Position numbers and translations under genes: made by a program
Origin: Candidatus Micrarchaeota archaeon
GTDB taxonomy: Archaea; Micrarchaeota; Micrarchaeia; Anstonellales; Bilamarchaeaceae
Length of the DNA: 64,000 bases
Assembly (NCBI GenBank): GCA_016932815.1
Contig: JAFGCC010000025.1
Location: 7,133-71,132 of the forward strand
Direction of reading: 5' to 3'
The notes under the pieces: model-generated
Database searches by the model: none
Seen by the model: only the letters and a program-made list of their open reading frames with translations
What the model was told of the DNA's origin: nothing
Shown here: positions 57,696-64,000 of the stretch, one piece after another
How positions within the stretch are numbered: the stretch's first letter is position 1
Layout of the letters: every line of letters starts with the position of its first letter

Positions 57696-58766
57696 ATGAA
57701 AATGAACACGCTAATGGGTTTTTACGAAACAATCGGGAGGCTTCTCTCAAGGAAGAAAATCAAGGCAATTGAGCGCGCCCTAAGCGGGGCGGGAGTCACG
57801 ATTCCCGCAGAATCCTTTGTGGGCTTCTTCCTCATAGTGGGAGCCCTGGCATCGCTTTTCGTGTTCTTGATATTCCTGCACATCTCCGCAGTGCCAAGGT
57901 TCATATACGCGCTATCTCCAGGGATGATGCTTCCTGATTTCGCGCTCATAATCCTGAGCCTAATAGCCGCAATAGTGGTCACTTTCGGGGCAACCTTCCT
58001 TGCGTTCTGGGCGGTAATCCTGCTCCAGACGGAAGCGAGGAAATCCGCGGTAGAAGAGGTCCTTCCGGACTTCCTGACCCTGATGGCCGCCAATATCCGC
58101 TCCGGGATGACAATAGACCAGGCAATGTGGTATGCGGCAAAGCCAGAATACGGCCTCTTTTCAATAGAAGTCCGCAGGGTCGTAAAGAACGCATTCTCCG
58201 GGGAGGCAATTGAGAAATCCCTTGACAGGCTGGATATGCGCTTCAATTCCCGCGTGCTGCACAGGACCCTCCTGCTCCTAAAGCAGGCCCTTGCAACAGG
58301 GGGTGAAACCGCGGAAATCCTGGAGGAGACCGCGCAGGATGCTCGCGACGTTGCAATGCACAAGAAGGACATCGCCTCCACCCTCCTAGTCTACATCATT
58401 TTCCTGGTGTTCGCTTCCGCAGTCGGAGCGCCTTTCCTGTTTTCTGTCTCCAAAACCCTCATTGCGGTATTGGCAAGCGCGTTTGCATACATGCCCGCAG
58501 GGGGACTGGACTCCTCTGCAGGGGTATTCACCAGCTTCCTGATAACCCCCTCTGCGCCATCGGTGAGCACGGATGAATTCTTCTGGTTCAGCATGGCGCT
58601 GGTATTTGTTACTTCGCTTATAGGTTCGCTCCTGCTTGGAATAGTCCAGGCCGGCTCGAAAACCCAGGGCATAAAGTTCTTCCCGCTCATGCTGGGAGCC
58701 TCTTATGCGGTATATTTCCTGGTGTCTTCGGCCCTGGAGTCGATGTTTGCGAGTATGTTCTTCTAG
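57696..58766 (+). CDS. FlaJ/TadC-like membrane protein (T2SS-F domain), second half of a split FlaJ
   Basis: Second T2SSF domain (DFLTLMAANIRSGMTIDQAMWYAA...) with flanking TM helices. The start is 4 nt after the previous stop. Confidence 0.7.
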   Translation: MKMNTLMGFYETIGRLLSRKKIKAIERALSGAGVTIPAESFVGFFLIVGALASLFVFLIFLHISAVPRFIYALSPGMMLPDFALIILSLIAAIVVTFGATFLAFWAVILLQTEARKSAVEEVLPDFLTLMAANIRSGMTIDQAMWYAAKPEYGLFSIEVRRVVKNAFSGEAIEKSLDRLDMRFNSRVLHRTLLLLKQALATGGETAEILEETAQDARDVAMHKKDIASTLLVYIIFLVFASAVGAPFLFSVSKTLIAVLASAFAYMPAGGLDSSAGVFTSFLITPSAPSVSTDEFFWFSMALVFVTSLIGSLLLGIVQAGSKTQGIKFFPLMLGASYAVYFLVSSALESMFASMFF

Positions 58767-58783
58767 AAGAGGTGTAATGAAAT

Positions 58784-59332
58784 ATGAAAATGAAAAAAGG
58801 GCAAGCCGCCATGGAGTACCTAATGACGTACGGGTGGGCGATACTTGCAATCATAATCGTGATTGCCGCTCTCATCTACCTTAATCCGTTTAGCGCTCCT
58901 GAGCTGTGCCTGTTCCAGCAGCAGGGCTTCTCTTGCAGCGAGCCCCAGCCACAGGTTTACCTAAACGACCAGGGCGAGGTCATGATGAACGTCCGCATCT
59001 GGAATAAGCTTGGGAAGAGCATAGAGATCAAGAGGGTGTTCTGCACTACCGCGCAGACTTCCGAAGTGGACTCTAGTAATTCCCATGTGCATGTCGTTCC
59101 CGGTGATGATGGGCACTTGGTCCCCACGGGTTCGTACATGACCTTCAGCGGAGACCCCAACGCACATGATACTGGCATCGCCTGCTACAATGCAGACGAC
59201 AACGAATTGCAGCTGGCCCCGAACCAGGAGTTCCGCGGAAGGCTGATTGTCTGGTACAACTACGAGAATGACCTTGACAAGACAATCCTCCACGAATCTC
59301 AGGCAAACGTAATCTCGCTGGTAGTCGAGTGA
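58784..59332 (+). CDS. Archaeal type IV pilin (class III signal peptide, EppA/FlaK-type substrate)
   Basis: MKMKKGQ|AAMEYLMTYGWAILAIIIVIAALIYL has the basic n-region, KG followed by Q at +1, Glu at +5 and a hydrophobic stretch. It is preceded by the secretion ATPase and FlaJ-like genes. Confidence 0.7.
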   Translation: MKMKKGQAAMEYLMTYGWAILAIIIVIAALIYLNPFSAPELCLFQQQGFSCSEPQPQVYLNDQGEVMMNVRIWNKLGKSIEIKRVFCTTAQTSEVDSSNSHVHVVPGDDGHLVPTGSYMTFSGDPNAHDTGIACYNADDNELQLAPNQEFRGRLIVWYNYENDLDKTILHESQANVISLVVE

Positions 59333-59374
59333 GCCTGGAATTCCTTCTTTATTTTATTTTTTCCTTTTTTATAT

Positions 59375-59386
59375 CCCTTTAAAAAC
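59375..59386 (+). promoter_or_regulatory. Putative TATA box (CCCTTTAAAAAC) about 23 nt upstream of the ATG at 59408
   Basis: Consensus-like archaeal TATA in an AT-rich 75-bp intergenic region. This implies a near-leaderless transcript. Confidence 0.35.
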
Positions 59387-59407
59387 ATTCTCTAACACAT
59401 TTTATCC

Positions 59408-62389
59408 ATGCCGTCTGGACCTACGAGCATTGGCAGGGTAAATTCCATCCGTGCAGTCCCAAGAAGGTGCGCATCTTTCCCCTCCACATCCATAATGGAG
59501 CCAGAGAAGCACAGCCGCTTTTATAATCTGGCGAACTTCCTAAAAGACAGATTTCTGAATGCTATTTTGACATTCTCTGCGGCAATCGTATCCAAACCTG
59601 GAACATCCGGCTTTGGGAGGAAGGGCCTGCTCTTTGCAGGCATGGTCCTGGGTGCGATAGCAGCCTCCTGTTCTTCCCCAGCCCCCAATCCGGATGCTGG
59701 CCAAACCGACCAGAGCCAAGAGATTGTGGTATCGGAGAATGTGCACGTGATTCCAGATGATCAGGCGGCACAGGCAAGGCTCCTTGGGGATGATGTGGTT
59801 TTCCCGGCAGATGGGAACGAAGACTTGATAACTCTGGATAAAGAAGACATAATCGTTTCTGGGTACGAGAGGGGGTTCCTTCGTGAAGTGAGGGGAGTTG
59901 AGGAAACGGACGATGAGATAATCCTCCGTACGAAGCAGGCAACCCTTGAGCAGGTTTTTGAGAAGGCACATTTTGAATACACAATCTCCATCAAGCAAGA
60001 AGAACAGCCTGCATCCCCAGTAACAAGTTACGCCCTGCTTCCGGAAAGGCCAGAAGATGAGATTGATAGCTCCTTTTTTTGGGATTTCAGCGGAACAGTT
60101 CTTTGCGATGGAGAGTCTAGCAAATGTGGTTTGCCACTATATGTTGAGATAGAACATGGAAGAGTGGAGTTCGCCCCCCACCTGGAAGCGGAAATTGTGA
60201 TAACCGATAATCAATTGGATTACTTTAGGTTTGAGGCTGGAGGGGACTTTGCTGCGAGTATAGAGCTGGAGGCCAAGCCCGAAAGACAACTCAAGGCGGA
60301 ATTCAAAGAAGAGATAAAGATTGGTGAATATTGGACTGTGTTCTGGACCCCTAGCGTCCCCCCAATTCCTATAGTTAACGGGACCGTAGGGTATCTGGTG
60401 CCTGGTTTCGAGATAGATGCCGGTGCGGAAGTTTCATTTGGTGCCGGAGCTAAGTCCAGTCTGAGAGTGGGGGCAGAGTACGATTCTGGAAAATGGGAAA
60501 CCATAAACGAGTTCTCTTTTGATTATTCAAGTTATGGTCCCAGTTTGGATTTTGAGGTGGGTGTGGAAGCCAAAGCATATATCTATCCAACATACTACTT
60601 CAATCTTTATGGGGTTGCTGGACCTTATCTTTACATGGGCCCGAATGCATATCTCGATTTGGAGGTATTTCCTGATTGTGAATGGGAATTGGGCGCAGGC
60701 GCATATGGGGAAATTGGGGTTCAGGTTAATGTTCTGGGAGAAACGATAGCAGGGTATGGGGAAACATTATTCAATGAGAGGGTACCGATTACTGAGGGAG
60801 TCTGTTGGGAGGGAGATAGTGCTCTGGATACCGATTATAATTTGGATACTGGAACTTGGGACGAGTTAGATACTGAAAATTGGGATAGTGGGGACGCGGG
60901 CACAGTTCTGGATGCGGGGATCCCCCAGGATACGGACACTGATTCAGAGAATGATAGTGAAGGTGATTCTGAATCAGCAGTAACTGTTGATCTGCCTGGA
61001 ACACTTGCGTGGGCAAAGCACGTTGGCAGCGAAGGTTGGGATTATCCAGAAGACATTGCAGTATTTGAGGATGGATCCTTCACACTCATTGGTGTTGTCC
61101 GGGGTAAGAATGATTGGGAGAGCATATCCTTTGGTGAGGATGAGCAAAACAGAATGGATTTGCCATACGTTGGAGGGCAGTCAGGAGATTTTTTCATTGC
61201 AAGATACGACAAAGAAGGTTCACTATCTTGGGCTAGGTCTGCCGGAAGTGCAGATGGAGATGATGCCCGGGGCGTACTTGCTCTTCCTGATGGCTCGTCA
61301 GTAGTGGTAGGGGAATTTACACGGAGCCCAGTAATCTTCGGGAGGGGCGAATCCGATGAAATTTCTTTGAGCACTGAAAAAGAATCAGATTACGTTTCTT
61401 TTGCTACAGGTCCAGGCCTTGGTTCGTTTATAGCTAAATACTCTCAGGATGGCACTCTTCTCTGGGCTGAAGCTAACGAAGCAGACTGGTGCGAAGATGT
61501 TTCATTCCTTTCCGATGGCTCGTTTGTTATGGTTGGAAACTTTAGGGGTCCCGAAACGGTTTTTGGCGAAGGAATGCCAAACGAAACAATTCTAGCCGAG
61601 ACAGATGGGTCCATTTTTATTGCAAGATATAGTTCTGATGGGGAGTTTCTCTGGGTAAAATCCGCGGGCATGGGCGGAGGAGAGCTTACTGGTCGTTCGT
61701 TATATGATAAGGTTAATGCTGTAGATTCTGTTTCAGGCGATTCAGTGGTGCTCGCAGGACACTCTACTGCGGGGGTTCTTTTCGCTAAAGGGGAATCCAA
61801 TGAAACTATGACCCGCCGTATTGATGGTTTGTTCATAGCAGAATATTCTGCAGACGGAACCTTTGGTGGTGTTAAACTGTTTGATGATGCATATCCTCAT
61901 GATATGGGGGTTTCTTCAGATGGTTCAATTCTTTTAGTGGGGGATCAGAGTCGTTTGGGGGATACTCCCTTTATTTCTAAGTATGTCTCTGGAGATACCT
62001 TCTCTTGGCTTAATTCCGTATCCGGGGAAGGGGAGGGGGTGGCATCCGACCTCGCAGTTTTTCAGGATGGTTCTTCTGCAGTAATAGGCACGTTTGAAGG
62101 TTCCGCGACCTTTGGTGAAGGAGAGGCTAATGAGACGACTTTGGATACCGGGGAGGACGCAGGAACATTTGTTGCCAGGTACACTCAAAGTGGGAGCCTT
62201 CTATGGGTAACTATGGAAGGAAATCCCGCGTATGATTTTGGCAACGCCTTGGAAGCACTCCCTGATGGTTCCCTTCTATTGACTGGAACTTTTACCGGAA
62301 GGGTTGTCTTTGGCAAAGGTACTCAAAACGAAACTATTTTGGAAGCCCCAGAGGATCGCGAGGACATCTTTATTGTGAAGTATTACTAA
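59408..62389 (+). CDS. Large secreted lipobox-containing protein with C-terminal beta-propeller-type repeats; compositionally distinct gene
   Basis: Lipobox-like LGAIAASC. An acidic D/E/T-rich linker. At least 7 repeats of the DGSxxxxGxF.......FIARYxxDGxLxW type. It is noticeably more AT-rich and uses more A/T-ending codons than its neighbours. The exact start is uncertain. Confidence 0.5.
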   Translation: MPSGPTSIGRVNSIRAVPRRCASFPSTSIMEPEKHSRFYNLANFLKDRFLNAILTFSAAIVSKPGTSGFGRKGLLFAGMVLGAIAASCSSPAPNPDAGQTDQSQEIVVSENVHVIPDDQAAQARLLGDDVVFPADGNEDLITLDKEDIIVSGYERGFLREVRGVEETDDEIILRTKQATLEQVFEKAHFEYTISIKQEEQPASPVTSYALLPERPEDEIDSSFFWDFSGTVLCDGESSKCGLPLYVEIEHGRVEFAPHLEAEIVITDNQLDYFRFEAGGDFAASIELEAKPERQLKAEFKEEIKIGEYWTVFWTPSVPPIPIVNGTVGYLVPGFEIDAGAEVSFGAGAKSSLRVGAEYDSGKWETINEFSFDYSSYGPSLDFEVGVEAKAYIYPTYYFNLYGVAGPYLYMGPNAYLDLEVFPDCEWELGAGAYGEIGVQVNVLGETIAGYGETLFNERVPITEGVCWEGDSALDTDYNLDTGTWDELDTENWDSGDAGTVLDAGIPQDTDTDSENDSEGDSESAVTVDLPGTLAWAKHVGSEGWDYPEDIAVFEDGSFTLIGVVRGKNDWESISFGEDEQNRMDLPYVGGQSGDFFIARYDKEGSLSWARSAGSADGDDARGVLALPDGSSVVVGEFTRSPVIFGRGESDEISLSTEKESDYVSFATGPGLGSFIAKYSQDGTLLWAEANEADWCEDVSFLSDGSFVMVGNFRGPETVFGEGMPNETILAETDGSIFIARYSSDGEFLWVKSAGMGGGELTGRSLYDKVNAVDSVSGDSVVLAGHSTAGVLFAKGESNETMTRRIDGLFIAEYSADGTFGGVKLFDDAYPHDMGVSSDGSILLVGDQSRLGDTPFISKYVSGDTFSWLNSVSGEGEGVASDLAVFQDGSSAVIGTFEGSATFGEGEANETTLDTGEDAGTFVARYTQSGSLLWVTMEGNPAYDFGNALEALPDGSLLLTGTFTGRVVFGKGTQNETILEAPEDREDIFIVKYY

Positions 62390-63582
62390 GTCCCAACTTT
62401 CTTCCCGCGCCCCATCGCATTCACAATAACCGGGAACAAATCCCAGCCATCCATGTGCCCCATTCCCCCTTCCATGCAAGAAAATTCATCGAACTTCTTA
62501 ACAGAATCCTTCCTGAACCCGTCCCCGCAGAAGAGTATGGGAACCTCGTGCCCGCTGTGCTTTCCGCTGGCGCATAAGGTGGAGTGGTCCCCGGTAAGGA
62601 CAATCCCCGCTTTCGTTTTCGCAAGGAGCGGGATGAGCTCTTTATCCACCCTTTCTATGAACTTGCGCTTTCCCCCGCAGTCCCCATCATGCGAAAAGCT
62701 GTCCGTAGCTTTTACGTGCACGAAAACGAAATCATGGTTTTTAAGCGCGGCAGCAGCCTTCTTCCCCTTGTTCTTCAAATTGGTATCCTTGGCCCCGGTT
62801 GCCCCCTCAACTTCCAAAACGTCCATCCCGATGTACCTTGCAACCCCTTTATACAGCGCCCCGCCTGCGATGCAAGCGCCGCTAAAGCCGTTTTTCTTTG
62901 CAAAAGGCTCAACCTCGCAGTATGCGCCTGCGCCCCTGCACAAGACCGCGTTTGCGGGCAGTTTCCGCCCCTTGTTCTCAGGCGCCTTGCCAAGTGCCGC
63001 CATCGCCCTTTTAGTGAACTCATTTAGTATTTTGGCAGTCTTCTCCGAGCCCTTCTTTAGCGCCCTAGACTGTGGCACCGCAACCTTTGCGTGCGGGTCG
63101 GTATCAGAAACCTCCGCCCCAAGATTGGAGCCGCGGATAACCAGCATCCCCCTATGCTCAACTGTGCTCCTAAACATCACCGTGCACCCCTCAATCTCCA
63201 TGTCCCTTATATACTTTTCCAACTTCATTGCAGCCGAAGTCTCAATCCTCCCTGCCCTCCTGTCTATGATTTCCCCATTCTCCACAGTGGCAAAGTTCGC
63301 CCTGAATGCAACGTCCCCCTTCCTTAGTTCCATCCCGGAGCCCAGAGCCTCAAGCGGGCCCCTCCCGCAATAAGATTCCCAGTAAGGGTACCCAAGCAGG
63401 GTAAGGTGCGAGGTGTCGCTTCCTGGGACGTTTCCCCTCCCGATGGGAGAGAGCATCCCGCAGATTCCCGCTTTCGCGAGCTTGTCCATGTTCGGGGTTT
63501 TCGCACCCGACAAAGGAGTCTTCCCCCTGGAATCCGGGAGGTCCCCAAGCCCGTCTAGTATAATGAGTATCGCTTTTTGCAT
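62386..63582 (-). CDS. apgM: 2,3-bisphosphoglycerate-independent phosphoglycerate mutase, archaeal type
   Basis: MQKAILIILDGLGD...VFVHVKATDSFSHDGD...GDHSTLCASGKHSGHEVPILF matches ApgM. Confidence 0.85.
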   Translation of the reverse strand: MQKAILIILDGLGDLPDSRGKTPLSGAKTPNMDKLAKAGICGMLSPIGRGNVPGSDTSHLTLLGYPYWESYCGRGPLEALGSGMELRKGDVAFRANFATVENGEIIDRRAGRIETSAAMKLEKYIRDMEIEGCTVMFRSTVEHRGMLVIRGSNLGAEVSDTDPHAKVAVPQSRALKKGSEKTAKILNEFTKRAMAALGKAPENKGRKLPANAVLCRGAGAYCEVEPFAKKNGFSGACIAGGALYKGVARYIGMDVLEVEGATGAKDTNLKNKGKKAAAALKNHDFVFVHVKATDSFSHDGDCGGKRKFIERVDKELIPLLAKTKAGIVLTGDHSTLCASGKHSGHEVPILFCGDGFRKDSVKKFDEFSCMEGGMGHMDGWDLFPVIVNAMGRGKKVGT

Positions 63583-63801
63583 ACTCCCAAACTCCAAAAC
63601 AATAAATTAAAGCTTTTTGGAGTTCAGAGCCTCTCCAAAGCAATATGCCATTTAGGGCCCATAGCCCTCCCCGCCATTAGTATACATATTGCGCAATTTT
63701 AAAGAAATCTGCCAGATGCACAGAATAGCGGAAACGCGATTATCAGACGTAATTGCGGAATAGCGGAAACGTACCCTCTTCTTCCAAATGCTTATTAAAC
63801 C

Positions 63802-64000
63802 ATGCCAATATACATCCTTAATCCTATGAGCGAGCAGGATACTTCTTCTCTGGTTTCGGTCTTCGAGGACTTCTTCACTAATATCTATAAGGAAAGAATC
63901 AACGACGTCCTCTCCTCGTATCCGAGCACCCGGAGCTTAGAGGTGGATTTCGAGGACATAGACAAGTTCGACACAACCGTTGCAGACCAGCTAATCCACG
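63802..64000 (+). CDS. mcm: MCM helicase, N-terminal fragment (gene continues past window end)
   Basis: MPIYILNPMSEQDTSSLVSVFEDFFTNIYKERINDVLSSYPSTRSLEVDFEDIDKFDTTVADQLI fits the MCM N-terminal pattern (..F.EFL.......I..L..YP.KRSL.VDF.DL..FD..LAD.L). Confidence 0.45.
   Translation, partial: MPIYILNPMSEQDTSSLVSVFEDFFTNIYKERINDVLSSYPSTRSLEVDFEDIDKFDTTVADQLIH

Overview
This is a 64 kb window of an archaeal chromosome, apparently fairly GC-rich by eye. The archaeal assignment rests on a porGDAB operon, an archaeal Pth2, ribosomal protein S8e, archaeal-type apgM, an MCM N-terminus, and an EppA/FlaK-type prepilin signal with a FlaI-like ATPase.

Ordered content:
- **1-1681:** 3' end of cas1, cas2, a leader and a 13-repeat CRISPR array (30-bp repeat GTCAAAATAAGACTATTGTAGGATTGAAAC). 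No effector cas genes occur anywhere downstream in the window.
- **1682-7450:** a HerA-like DUF87 ATPase abuts the array on the opposite strand. A NurA nuclease lies on the same strand about 3.2 kb away. Between them sits a visibly more AT-rich islet carrying a MazF/RHH pair, a VapC/VapB pair, a RusA-like resolvase and a DUF4234 membrane protein.
- **7603-13093:** housekeeping genes: Yip1-like membrane protein, pth2, two tandem HEAT-like paralogs, and porB-porA-porD-porG.
- **13229-30325:** four paralogous, very large, sequon-rich secreted proteins. Each combines a right-handed beta-helix (NosD/PbH1-like), a conserved roughly 60-aa GSPSID...W.W...LW.Y...WTLLN.TPDT module, Cys-rich C-terminal repeats and a C-terminal TM anchor. 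One copy carries two LamG/ConA-like domains and is truncated. Lrp, glnA and dcd interrupt the cluster.
- **30476-48452:** a radical-SAM DNA-repair-like protein, a COG2403 P-loop protein, a PadR + MacB-like ABC export cassette with a COG1361-like secreted protein, gdh, an MFS transporter, metG with an odd Gly/Cys-rich N-terminus, and a GIN-repeat protein.
- **48565-64000:** rps8e, a Cgi121-like gene, and an archaeal type IV pilus-like locus. The locus has a FlaI-like ATPase, a FlaJ/TadBC homologue split into two genes, and an EppA-type pilin. It is headed by two divergent genes that share five copies of a roughly 50-aa winged-helix-like module. A compositionally distinct (AT-richer) lipobox beta-propeller-repeat protein, apgM and the start of MCM follow.

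No tRNA or rRNA genes were recognised. Start codons for several CDS are uncertain (GTG/TTG starts, internal Met alternatives).
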